Assembly (NCBI RefSeq): GCF_018977255.1
Contig: NW_024704757.1
Location: 16,554,001 to 16,618,000, forward strand
Length of the DNA: 64,000 nt
Source of the DNA: Callorhinchus milii
Lineage: Eukaryota
Direction of reading: 5' to 3'
Each line of letters starts with the position of its first letter. Positions within the stretch are counted from its first letter, which is position 1. Under the pieces are notes generated by a model. That model saw nothing but the letters and a program-made list of their open reading frames with translations, searched no databases and was not told the origin of the DNA. Positions 12,601-56,900 of the stretch are shown one piece after another. Made by a program: the position numbers and the translations under genes.

Positions 12601-15600
12601 GAGCCCATGGAACCACTCTGAATGCAAAATTCCTTTTTTTGTCTGTCAATATTGCTCCCAATTTACCACAAACCAATTCCATGTTCATTGTATTTTGTGG
12701 TGTCATGTTGGTGCAGGGTAGTTGCTTAGTTTGGCAATGTAATAGTTAACTGAGGATATCCTCAGGCTCAGCCTGGCTGTGGTGTTCTTTAAGGTTTATG
12801 GATAATGCTTGCTGCCAAGGCTTTCATATGGAAAATCGCCACTTGGGTAACGCACTTGAAGAATGCTTATGTCTGCACCGTCTTACCTTAGCTCAGAACA
12901 GGAGGGCTTTTTTTAAAAAAAAGTAACTTCTCTGCCTCAACTAATCAGGTGACTCTTGGTTTCTTGAATTGCAGGTTGGTTTCTTGAGCAATATTACATG
13001 GACTCTGTCAAACCTGTGCCGCAACAAGAATCCTCACCCTTCACTCCAAGCAGTTCAGCAGATGCTCCCTACACTTATTCAGCTGCTTTACAATGATGAT
13101 GCAGATATCCTCTCTGATGCATGCTGGGCGCTATCTTACTTGACCGATGGCCCCAATGAACGGATTGAGGTTGTAGTTAACACTGGCATTTTGCCCAGAC
13201 TGGTACATTTAATGGCCACCTCTCAGATGACTGTGTTGGTGAGTAAGATTGATGCTGTAATTCATGGGTTTGAGTTCTCTAAGTGTACACAATTCCAGGA
13301 AGGAGGGAACATTGAAGTAAAGGGAGACATTGCTCCTTCAGTTGGGACCATGGTCAGGGTAAACAGAAAGGTGGCTTTTTAAGTGGTTGACAGTTTCCAA
13401 TGTTGATAACATCCTTGGATTTCATGTAGCACCTTGGGAGGATGTCTCAAAGCGCTTTGCAGGATTGTAATGTGATTGTGTATTTTGTGCACATCAACAT
13501 CCTACAAATAGCATAGTGTGAAATAACATGAGGGACATGAGAGAATAATTAGAAAATGCAATTAAGACTATATTAATTTTGTAATCTGAAGTTTTCCACT
13601 CCTGCACATATTCTAAACCTCCAGGTTAACTTCAGTTTAGAGAATCCTCATTAGCAGGAGTTTGCATCTGTTACCAAAAAAGCCTGACTGACAAATCTGT
13701 TCATTTTAGACTCCTGCCCTCCGTGCTGTAGGAAACATTGTGACTGGAACTGACAATCAAACAGAGGCTGCCCTCGAGGCTGGTGTTCTCTCTGTTCTGC
13801 CCCAGGTATTGAAGCACTCAAAGTCCAGTATACAGAAGGAGGCTGCTTGGACCATCTCTAATATTGCAGCTGGACCCACTCATCAGATTCAACAATTGAT
13901 CACTTGTGGAGTGATGCCTCCACTTGTCGAACTTATGGAACAAGTATGTACTGTGCTTCACAATCCAACTGTGGCTCTACATTGTTGTACCTCTTTTCTC
14001 TTTCTCCCCCACCCCTTCCTCTTTCCCATGTAAAGAATGTTTGGACAAGTTCATGGTTGTCTTTTATACAACTAACCCCTCTTTCTTTCACTCCCCATCC
14101 TTAACACAATTGTCCTGACTCATCAAGGAAGCAATTCCTTCCTGGAATTGTGAATCACTGTTATTTTCTATCATTTCATTAACTAAGATTCTTTCTCCAA
14201 TTTCCTTGTTCCTCCTCCCCTCACTACCACCAAATTCACTACTCAAGACTCTGGATGGATGTCTCTGCATTTATCTCCCTGTCCAATATGAGTCTGCATC
14301 TCAGTAAAGTTGAATGTAACTTCCTCCCAGTCCTATAGGGAGTATAGTCTGGTTTCACATAACAGGATGCTTGGATAGTTCCAGGAAGCATTCCCTGATT
14401 CTAGTGTGAGTAGGCAGGAAACATCAGTGTTTAACATGGACCTGCTTGAGCAGTGAAGAGGGATTTTTACACAAGGCACAAAGGGCGACCCAGATGGCCA
14501 GGAAAAGATTAATGACTCAGGCCTAAAATAAGCTTGGGTTATAGTTTTGTGTTGGACAAAATGTTTAATGGCAAATTATCTATCAGTTGGTTGTTAGTCT
14601 GAGGATGACAGTGTTAGTGGAGCTGTGGAATCTGCCTCAGTTTATGGAAGGATAGCGCTAAGGTAACCGTGCTATAACTACACCAGCAAATTGCATGCAA
14701 TAGCAGGAGAAATGGGTAGGAGGTTGAAATGGTCCTGAGTGCAGTGTCTTTGATGCCAATAACTCCTATTTGACCTTTTTGGACCTTGTATTATAAACAA
14801 ATTCTCTTTGCCTTGTAGGGTGACTTTAAAGCAAAGAAAGAAGCTATTTGGGCTGTGACTAACTACTCGAGTGGTGGCACGGTGGACCAGATAGTCCACT
14901 TGGTACAGTGTGGGGTTCTGAAGCCCCTGCTTGACCTGCTCTGTATCAAAGATGCCAAGATTATTCTGGTGGTCCTGGATGCCATTTCCAATATCTTCCT
15001 GGTGAGTTGACTAAAATCACATTCTTCCTACAGAAGACATTAAGGGATGGCCATAAAGTTTGGTGATGCCTCTATGTTGGGTAGGGCTGTATATAGTTGG
15101 CAGTTCTTTTCAGATTGTGTCATGGGATCTTTAACATCCACCTAAACAGGCAAACAGGGCTCAGTTCACAATATCATCTGACAAACAGCACTTCTGGTGA
15201 CAATGTAGTACTCCCTCAAAACTTCACTGCAGATTCAGTTTAGAACACTAAAACCCACAGCCTTCTGACCCAGAGGCAAAGGTGCTGCCAACTCAGCCTG
15301 GCTGATATAATTGTGGATTTTGTCTAAGATTTAGGGTTGAACAAGTCAAACTGAACCAACCAAACTCTGTGGGCTCTGTGTTGAATGTTGTTTGCTTTTT
15401 CTTCCAGCAACTTAACATTGTCAAAATCCTGTGTTTAATGATATTTTGTTATGTATTTTTCTCTACAGGCTGGGGAGAAGCTTGGTGAGACAGACAAACT
15501 GTGTCTAATGATAGAAGGGCTTAATGGGTTGGAAAAGATTGAAGCTCTTCAGTCCCATGAAAATGATGCCGTATACAGAACTGCACTGAATCTGATTGAA

Positions 15601-16788
15601 AAATACTTTGTTGAAGCGGTAAGCAGAGAACACTATAACATTGGCAAATACTATTGAAGGATTATGTTGCAATTCCTTCCTTATTTCTAGTTCCCCTCCC
15701 ACCTCCAACTTTCAAAAACTAGGGATTAGTTCCCACTGTTTTTGGCAGGCAGTCTGGAGGGAAGACAATGACATGTCATCTGATAGTCCCAACAATCCTT
15801 CACGCTCATCAACCAGCAATAGGTTGGGACTGCTTCTGTCAGTTTGTAGATGCAAAAAAGCAATGTATTGCAAAAGGCTCCACTATTGTGGCTAGAAACT
15901 AAGATCAAAAATCTGTTATAGGTTCTGATGCGAAACCTATTGAGCTATTACAAGGAAAATCAATGTGAGTCGCTGCCTTACTGCTGATATCCAACCAAGT
16001 TAGGAAGACTGTGTTTGACTTGCAGGAACTAATAGAAAATTGGATTTTTATAATGCCTGGTGTTGAACGTCAGTGCTTCACAAGCAATTACTGTGAAGTG
16101 CAGTGACAGTCTTATCCAAATATGAAGGCTATTTCCTCCAGATATGTCCTGCAAACAGCCGTGAAGTGACTGATTGATTTTGATTTGGAGGTTTGCTTGC
16201 CAGGATACCTAAAAGACTGTTTTCTCTTTTAAACAGTATAAAATCCACCGGAATAGCAAATCAGGCTTTGGTGCAAGTGGAGCATTTATTCCAATAGGTT
16301 GAGAATAGTTTTCAAGAACTACGGTATACTTTACATGAAACTGTCAACAGCTTTTCAGGACTTTGTTGTATTTTCCTGACCAAGTATGCGTAAATCTTAT
16401 CCACTATAATCGAGTAGCCGAGTTGGAGAATTTAAATGGCACACTTGCACTAAAGAAGTTGAAACTATTGGATTGAAGGTAACTAGTTATTTTTCAGAGA
16501 AACATGGCAGTTGTTGGGGCTTGCCTGTAGAATCCAATAGATTCTAATGTACTGTATAATACTCTGTTGCTTCCCTGACTTCATGGGGGTTGTCAAGCAG
16601 GTGAGAATGGATGACTGATGATCCACCCAAACACAATTCGAAGCTTGTACCAAAACCAAGAATGCCTGGCCTATAACCCTGTCATTCTTCCCTTACAGGA
16701 TGACGATGTTTCAAACCTGCAGCCTGAAGCAACAAATGAAGAATTTATATTTCAGATGAATTCTCAGAAAGATGAGTTTAACTTCTGA
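9612..16788 (+). CDS. kpna7: Importin subunit alpha-8 (karyopherin alpha 7), whole spliced CDS, 10 coding exons, 1548 nt = 515 aa
   Basis: Exons 9612-9677, 10647-10769, 11357-11442, 11914-12182, 12306-12388, 12975-13238, 13710-13943, 14819-15001, 15469-15618, 16699-16788 join in frame with GT-AG introns. IBB domain ([28 protein letters not shown]) and ARM repeats ([49 protein letters not shown]). The 22-aa first coding exon, the 83-nt GDGP exon and the position directly upstream of SMURF1 favour KPNA7 over KPNA2. Confidence 0.9.
10647..10769 (+). CDS. kpna7: kpna7 coding exon 2 (IBB domain)
   Basis: [28 protein letters not shown]...ETI; aactag| acceptor, |gtaagc donor. Confidence 0.92.
11357..11442 (+). 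CDS. kpna7: kpna7 coding exon 3
   Basis: [28 protein letters not shown](R); gtgcag| acceptor, |gtacta donor. Confidence 0.88.
11914..12182 (+). CDS. kpna7: kpna7 coding exon 4 (ARM repeats)
   Basis: KLLSR...[21 protein letters not shown]...[11 protein letters not shown]; 269 nt. Confidence 0.93.
12306..12388 (+). CDS. kpna7: kpna7 coding exon 5
   Basis: (G)[27 protein letters not shown]; tctag| acceptor, |gtaagt donor. Confidence 0.92.
12975..13238 (+). CDS. kpna7: kpna7 coding exon 6
   Basis: [20 protein letters not shown]...[17 protein letters not shown]...; |gtgagt donor. Confidence 0.93.
13710..13943 (+). CDS. kpna7: kpna7 coding exon 7
   Basis: [15 protein letters not shown]...[15 protein letters not shown]...LMEQ; |gtatgt donor. 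Confidence 0.93.
14819..15001 (+). CDS. kpna7: kpna7 coding exon 8
   Basis: [21 protein letters not shown]...[10 protein letters not shown]; |gtgagt donor. Confidence 0.93.
15100..15300 (-). mobile_element. Old DeuSINE remnant in a kpna7 intron
   Basis: Reverse complement gives a degenerate tRNA-like head followed by ggtggatgttaaagatcccatgaca. Confidence 0.6.
15469..15618 (+). CDS. kpna7: kpna7 coding exon 9
   Basis: [32 protein letters not shown]...LIEKYFVEA; |gtaagc donor. Confidence 0.93.
16699..16788 (+). CDS. kpna7: kpna7 last coding exon
   Basis: ccttacag| [29 protein letters not shown]; acidic C-terminus ending FNF, typical of alpha-2-type importins. Confidence 0.88.
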   Translation, partial: DDDVSNLQPEATNEEFIFQMNSQKDEFNF

Positions 16789-16902
16789 GCAAGTGGACTC
16801 TTAAATATGTACAGTACTTCAGTGCAATATTTCTATCCAAACAAGATACTTGTTAACTTGTATTTGATTAGTTTTGAAGGTGCTTGTGTAAGTATTTGGG
16901 GA

Positions 16903-16908
16903 ATTAAA
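16903..16908 (+). terminator. Candidate kpna7 poly(A) signal ATTAAA
   Basis: First hexamer I found after the stop (115 nt downstream), followed by T/GT-rich sequence. Confidence 0.5.
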
Positions 16909-17997
16909 TGTTTTTTTGCAGAACTTTGATTTGTATGTTTGAGTTTTGCCAAACAGGAGTGTATCTCTGTCCACTATCTTACAATTGGCTGATACAGCTA
17001 TTGGAAGCTACTCATTTACAACACCCAAGATCCTGCTTAATATGCTGCTTCCCACATACACAGCATATGTACATCGTAATTCAGATTTAAGTGCTCCAAT
17101 CTTTTATAAACCCTTCCCATCTGCAGTTTTTTTAGGAAGCTAACGTAATGCTTGTAAAATGTTAGCTACCTATTTGATTTTGAGGAATTGACTAAAAATT
17201 AATCTGATTTTTATTTTGCCACTGGTGGGCATTAATTCAACCATATGCTCAAAATACCATGAACCACATCAAAGCTAAGTTTCAATATAAGATTACCTGC
17301 AACAAATTCCATGGGTTTCTGTGTGATTAGTTAGCTTTAACAAACCACAATAGCATTCAAGGGTTGATAACTAGTAACAATGTTGTACACTAAACTTGGC
17401 AGACACCTGAGGTCACCCTGCTCTGCCTGGTATTCTGTAAAAATTGTCCTGTTTGTTTTTCATCAAGATGTGAAATTGAAGCGATCACTTGTGAGCCATT
17501 GCATTGTAGGGGGTGATTCTCGTCTTGCCAAGCTTAGTTGTTAATCTCTGCCACATTGAGCAATGAAGTCCTAGGCTGGAGAATTTGGCTGTCCTTTGCA
17601 GATCTATGTATGGTTAAAAATGGATTATTTGCAGAACAAAATGGCCATAATATCTATGCTTTGAAAGAGCAAACCATTTACCTGCTTTTTCACCATTACC
17701 CTGCAAATGACTCTGTTTTAGATTTATATCTTGTTCCCTCTTGAAAGCTAATATGGATTCTGCGTAAACCACTACACCTTTAGTAAGAAGGGAGAACCTA
17801 CCCTCGTGACTTAAATAAACCATTCTGTTCCCTCCTTCCAAACAAAACCTACCCACTAAACATCACTGCTGAATCTTAATTTAAGCATGCTCTACTATAG
17901 TGTACTCCTGCATTTGGTATTTAAAATGTGACCTCAGTTTCCTAATAAGATTGCTTTAACTATGCCAAGTTTAGTTCAAAATTATGAGGGATTCAAT

Positions 17998-18765
17998 ACA
18001 ACAACAACAAGATTCCATTTATTGTGCGTCTTTCACGTCGGGAGGACGTCCCGAGGCGCTGTACAGTTGGGTCAGGACCCGAGCATTGGGGGGAAATGGT
18101 CAGGGTGAGGGGAGGGAAGGGAGGGAGCGAGGAGGGGGTAGAGAGTCGAGAGGAGAGCTGAAGGCTCGGTCAAAGAGAAAGGTCTTGAGACTGGCCTTGA
18201 AGGAGGAAAGGGAGGAGGCGGCGAAGGCACTGGGGGATGGAGTTCCAGAGCCTTGGGGCTGAGAGGCTGAAGGCCCGACCACTGATGGTAGGGGCGGGGG
18301 ATGTGGAGCAGACCGGAGCCAGAGGAACGGAGGGTACGGGCGGGTAGGTAGGGGGATAGTAGGTCGGAGAGGTAGGAGGGAGCGAGGCTGTGAATGGCCT
18401 TGTGGGTGAGGATCTTGAATTTGATGCTCTGGGGGATGGGGAGCCAGTGGAGGAGGGCGAGGGTGGGAGTGATGTGGTCGCGGTGTCTGGTGCGGGACAG
18501 TACACGAGCTGCAGAGTTCTGAATGACCTGCAGTGTGGAGGGAGGGCCGGGAAGGCCGGCGAGGAGAGAGTTCCCATAGTCCAGCCTTGAGGTGATAAAG
18601 GTGTGGACCAGAGTTTCAGCCGCGTGAGGGGTGAGATAGTGCCGTAGTCTGGCGACATTCCGGAGGTGATGGAAGGCGGTGTCAGTTGTGGCGCGAATAT
18701 GGGGGAGAAAGGACAGCTCAGGGTCGAACAGAACCCCGAGGTTCCTGACTGGGTGAACAAGGAGA
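17998..18765 (-). mobile_element. L2-clade LINE, 5'-truncated (ORF2 C-terminus, 3' UTR, (TTG)n tail)
   Basis: Translates to AETLVHTFITSRLDYGNSLLAGLP...QNSAAR...HITP...LHWLP and GRAFSLSAPRLWNS; stem-loop tail. Confidence 0.9.
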
Positions 18766-19939
18766 AACTATTTCCACTGATGGGTGGCAAGTGGATGACT
18801 GTATGCAGCTGAACTTGTAGTTATATCTGTGATTCTTCTGCCAAAAGACCTGAAAGGCTGGGATTTTGAACATTTGTTCCAGCACAGGAGTCCTGTGAGC
18901 TACTACTAGAGGTGTAAGAGCCATCAGAAAATGTCAGAGGATCATTTGACAACATTCAAGAAGTGATGGATTGGCATGTTCAGCAAAATAACATTTGTTT
19001 GTAGGATGTGGGTTAAATATCAAGCTAAACAAGAAATTCTGTCTGCAAGGTTGGCCAATTATGCCAACTTTAGGATAAATCTCATTTGCCTACATTCGCT
19101 TTCATTATTTTGTAAAGCACTTCAGGATATTTTTAAATTGACTATATATGTTGCAATTTATAGTTTTGTGCTACAGGGCTGATGTCTGTCATCAGCTCTG
19201 TAGCATATTGTTTGCAACATACTTTACATATAGATTAATGTACATTGCGTTGCAGCATTCAAAGATTAAAACAGTGCAAGTCTTTGTTATAGGCTTAAAT
19301 GCTGACCTCACAGTGCATGGGACCACAGTGAAAACACAGGTTATCTGAAGATCATAGTAGGTTGGCTGACATTGATTGGTAATGCCCCAACTGAAGTGCT
19401 TTGCTGAGTGGTTCATGTTAGAATATTAGACTGGTATGTTGTAGTTCATAAATAGGCACATGATGAACAAGTAATCTTTCAGGTGATTTTTTTTAAATGC
19501 CTGTCAATGCTCCAATATTCTATTCTGAAGCCGTGGGAATTTAAGAGATGTTAACTGATCAGCGAATGATCCTATCATAAAATAGGGACACTTGGGAAGG
19601 TGCGAGGCTGTTATGTAATCAGTGTTCAGATGTCATAAACCTTACTTTCACAGTTGAAATGTCATCTCAGCCTGGAGGTTAGGTGATGGTATCGTAACTT
19701 GCTCCCTTGTGTTTTTAAATACATATATATAAACACACACACGTGTTGTGAATACAACATGTCTGTTCATTTTGACTTTCCAGTAGCATTTCAATGGATA
19801 ACCTTTATAGTCAACCAAATACTCCCCCTCCCCCAAAAATAACAGTAGCCCAATATTATGGGGAGCAGAGAGGCCAACTCAGTGTCGATGCTTTTTGAAA
19901 CTAAGAGAAAGTCGTCAAATGGAGGAGGAGGGGGGGGTG

Positions 19940-20861
19940 TTCTCCTCCACCTACCCGACCTCCCCCTAAAACTCCGAACCTGTACGCAACCTAGGTGGCA
20001 GGTTTGACCCCCAATTATCCTTCCTCCCCTACATCCAGTCACTCACCAGCACCGCTTTCTTCCATCTCCAAAGCATTGCCCGTCTCCACCAACCTCTCTC
20101 CTCAAAAGCCGCAGAAACCCTGGTCCGTGCCTTTGTCACCTCTCGGCTGGACTACTCTAACGCTCTCCCCACCGGCCTCCCATCCACTACCATCCATAAA
20201 ATCCAAATCATTCAGAACTCTGTCGCCCGCATTCTCACCCACACGAAACTCCGATCACCCCAGTCCTTGCCCCCCCCCCATCCTCCGCCACCCCCAAACT
20301 CTGCTCCCGGATCACCCCAGTCCTTGCCAGACTGCACTGGCTGCCTATCCTAGAGAGGATCGATTTCAAGTCCACTCCTCTGCACTCTCTGACCTCTCTC
20401 CTCAAAACAGTACCCGTTGCCTCTGTTCCTCTGGGTTTGGCGTCCCCCGAGTCCCTCCGCTCCACCCTCGGTAGCCGGACCTTCAGCCACTACGCCCCGA
20501 GGCTCTGGAACTCCTTCCCTTCCGATTTTCAGGTCTCTGCTGAAGACCTTTCTCTTCGACTGCGTCTTTGGTCACCTTCCTCCCCGGCCCCTCATCCTCC
20601 CCCGGCCCCTCATCCTCCCCTGGTCCCGCCCCTGTCCCCTCAGCTCCTCCTCCCCCCAGCCACTCCCCTGGCTCCTCCTCCTCCCCCCCAGCCCCTCGCC
20701 CTCCCCCTCCACTGGCTCCTCCTCCTCCCCCTGGCCCCACCCCCTCCCCAGCTCCTTCTCCTGGCCCCGCCTCCTCCCCCTGGCCACGCCCCCCAGCCCG
20801 GGACCCATTAATGTGAAGCCGGCGTGGAGGGCGCTATATAAATCCCGGTTGTTGTTGTTGT
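19940..20861 (+). mobile_element. L2-clade LINE, 5'-truncated and degenerate, C-rich 3' UTR, (TTG)n tail
   Basis: AETLVRAFVTSRLDYSN..., LGSRTFSHYAPRLWNS; small internal duplication gatcaccccagtccttgcc. Confidence 0.88.
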
Positions 20862-21667
20862 CCGTTCTGCGGTTTAAACGGCAGATGAAGCGTTCCGCCC
20901 AAAGCCGTGGGGCCTTTTTGTTTTGCCTCAAAAACTTTTTTTGAGAGCATCACCACAACAACAACACCGCTGGCGCCGTCCGACAGCAGCGGGGGGGGGG
21001 TGAGAGGGAAGTGTTTCTTGTTGCTGTTTTGCGCCTTTTATTTAACAGAAACACAAACCTTGTGGGCGGTTCGGCTGTGACTTGAACGCGACTTCTCCCC
21101 TTGACGCCGCGAGCGGAGCAGCGTCAGGGCGCGCGCCAGCGGACACCGCCGCCTCCCCCGCCCGGAGCGCGTGGTGGAGGGGGCGGTGAAGCAACGCGTT
21201 GACGTCAGCGGACGTGCGCTGCCGCCGTCTCGACGTCTCCCGGCGCGCGCGCGCGCGCGGAGGATGGGAGGGGGGAAGACAGCGCGTTGACGTCAGCGCC
21301 CGCCCCGCCCCCCCGGCCGCCGCCGCCGCCGCTCGATCGATCGATCTCGTGCAGTCAGTGGCTTCGGGCGCTCGGTGCTGCTGCTGCTCCCGGGCCCGAG
21401 AGCCGTTACTCGCGTTACCCTTTCTGTCTGTGTCCCCCCCCACGCACACACTCCCCTCCCCCCCCCCCCCCCCTCCCTCCCTCAACGGCGACAACAAAAA
21501 CAACAACGACGACGACGAGAAAAAAACACTTCCTTTTTTTTTGTGCACAATTTCCGTTTATTTATAGACAGACGCACAGTTTTTTTTTTAGAAACCCCCC
21601 CACCCCCGAAAGTGCACCGGGCCCGCGGTGACGAACCGTCGCATAATAAGAGGGAATTTTATAAGTA

Positions 21668-53967
<32,300 letters not shown>

Positions 53968-56900
53968 AGGAAATGGATTTTTGCTTTCAAACTGTTGAGA
54001 AGAACACTACAGAGGGAAAGCCCTTTTGCTTTCTTGTTGAGCAGCAAACTGTGTGACCAAGCAGAACTCTCACGATATGCTGGCATACCATGGGTTTGGT
54101 GACTCGCAAGTGATGCAACAATGATGGAGTCAAAAGCAGGAAGAAGATTGGGATTGAAAGGAGAAGCTGCAGCAGACCAGGAAGCTCGCAGTCCTGAGCA
54201 GATACTGCGTCTGTAAGACAGAACAAATGGACCTGTTTTAGTTGTATTATATATTTTAAGTTGCGTGCTTAAAACTTTATTTCAAAGACTTACTTTGCAC
54301 AGTGAAAGTTGACCGATCCTTGCACATTTTCTCCTCTCCTGTTTCCTGTATTCTATCCCCTCCCCTTAAATAAGTGGTCCCATAAAGACTTTTTCATTCT
54401 CACAAAAGTGGAAACTGTCATTTAGAAATTACTGGGTGCTGAAGAAAAATTAGCTCTGTTTATAGCTACAGTATCCCTTTTTTAGCACAAGCAGTCAATA
54501 TGCTTGCTAGAGTGTTTTAACCAAGTCAAATTATAATTTTTAATCTATTTTGTTAAAAGAATTATATTTCTCATCAATGTGCTAACAAACTGTTTTAAAA
54601 AAAAAATCACAACTATTTAAAAAAGTACTAAACATTTTTTCTCTAAGGAGAGGAATCCTTTGAGGACTACAGCAGCTTTTTGGCTCTAAAATCAAAAATG
54701 TATTGCATTAAAAATGTTAGATTATTCAAAGACATTTTAAACTAAGAAATTGTCAAGTTCTGTGTATTCTTGAAATTCCATTTCATCATAATCCTCATCA
54801 GAATATCAGTTTTGCGGATCTTGTATGAAAGTAAAGAGCTATTTATATTGAAGGCTGAAAGTATCTTTCAATACTCAAAGGATGAATAAAGAGATGTTAT
54901 CCTCAGAGGAGTTAAAGTAAGAAAAATCTAATTGGTACTGTTTTCTAGCCAAGTGTGTGCATTGTTTGTGAAGATGATCTGCCTTTACACCTGACAGCCT
55001 GATTTTATGTTAAGGTACAAAAGAGGGGGTTGAACATCGGCAGCTTTGTTGAGTTACTGTAAAAGCAAGTCTGAAATTGGTTATGTCTGTAAACTTGACT
55101 TAGCCAGTGGGGTGATTGATGCTGGTACCAGTGAATTAGGCATTTAACCTGATCTTAAATTCTAAAATCTTTGCACCCTGGAACACTTGTAGGAATGTTC
55201 TGAACGAATGGCTGCACCTTTTACAAATGCTGCAAGTTTTGTCCTGTTTCCTTTGTTTCTGGTATAAATACATGTGTATTTTGAAAGAGATTATATTCAA
55301 AATGTTTTTTTCCTATCATTATGATCTTTAAATAGACACATTTCTGAAGCTGATGGGGTTGGTGGTAGTGGGGGGAAGGAACCATCATTTCCTCCAGTGA
55401 TCTTGTACTTTTCCTCTTTAAAGAAACGATCTGATCTCCCTTTTGTTGGACAATATCCAAAGCGTTTCAAGAATTGACCCGAGTCCTAAATCAAGCCAGG
55501 TTGATGACGACTGATTTATGTGGTTATAGTAGATATTTGTTTCCAGACATTTTAAAGCTGCCTGAAATGTGGACCTCTAACACGTTTGTTTTCATTCGAC
55601 CACTGTTTGGTTTTGAAATGCAAGGATCATAATCATGGAAAAGTTAAATCTATACACTAGTGCCCTTTTTTTAGACTAATCTTCTCTGAAAACATTGTGG
55701 TCTTTGTTTTTAATTCAAATGTGGTTTTAAAAACACAAGATTTTTATAGTCACAGTTTTTCTAATATAATTCTGGAGTAAACTGAATGTCTGATTGTTGT
55801 CCAAAATATTAACTTTGAATTCAGTGAGACCATTCTAAAGGAGTGTTGTGCAAATTCAGAAGAAATGAGAATTGTACAGCGTCTCTTTACAGATCCAGAG
55901 TTCACATTTTACAATTTAAAATCAAGCTGCCATGTATTGATTTATTTCCCTGGATCTAAACTTCAGGTCTACTTGTTAAAGCATTATGGAAATGGTGCAG
56001 TATCAGGTAATGCTCACATCAGCTGTGTGGAAAGAGTTTGCAGAGCATTTACCATCATAATCGTGCACAGAGTTGGTAGAAGGGTTTTAATAATCTCAGA
56101 TTGCGAAACCATCTATGGCTGCAGTTGGTACAGGAAACTAAGATACTGTGCTATTCTAAAGTTCATATATTTTAAATATGTGTTCTTCCTCTTGCATTAA
56201 TCAGAATAGATCAACTGAAACAAGATTGGTAAACCCTTAACCGAATTTTAAGTTGGATAAACAATGCATTGTTTGATTGGGCTATTGAATCGCATAAAGT
56301 TTCTTATTTTTCTGGCTGCAGAAATTGGTCTGTGATCCCAAATTTGAAAGCTACTAAAGTTACTATGTTACTATGTTGGTTGAAATAAAATGGCCATCCA
56401 GTGGTAGATGTAAACTTGCTGTTAAGTTTTTAAGAAATATTATCAGTTCCTCAAAAACCCAGACTCAAAACATTTCTTGACAAGACTTTTCTTTTGAGTA
56501 TTGTGAATTTGGAGTGGTCTGATTCAAAAGCGATTCTGTGGAGTTACAGGGCGTTTTATTGTATTGTATCACAAATCTTGAAAGCACATGTGAAGTCTAC
56601 ATAGTCTTCCTTTCTGATACTCACTGCAACATCCTTGTCTGCTAATCTATGGTTCAGGCTGGTCAAAGGTCTAGCTTTCTTCTTGAGCTTCCCTCGTCAA
56701 ATGTAATGTTGCATGTGCTGTACAGAAGTGAAATGACACACTGTTTACAGAAAAGGTTAGTTGCACATACTAAACATTTTATTTAGCAGCACCATAGTTT
56801 TAAAACCATGGTTTTGCTTATATAGGCCACAGAATTGTGTTCCTTTGGACTATTTTCTTGGGGCAAGGGGGTCTTGCAAACCACTACATACAATCTGTGC

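Noticed and set aside
12690-12900. Possible ancient repeats or conserved elements (also about 4540-4730 and 23850-24100)
   Set aside because: Vaguely repeat-like, but I cannot assign a family or boundaries without a database search.
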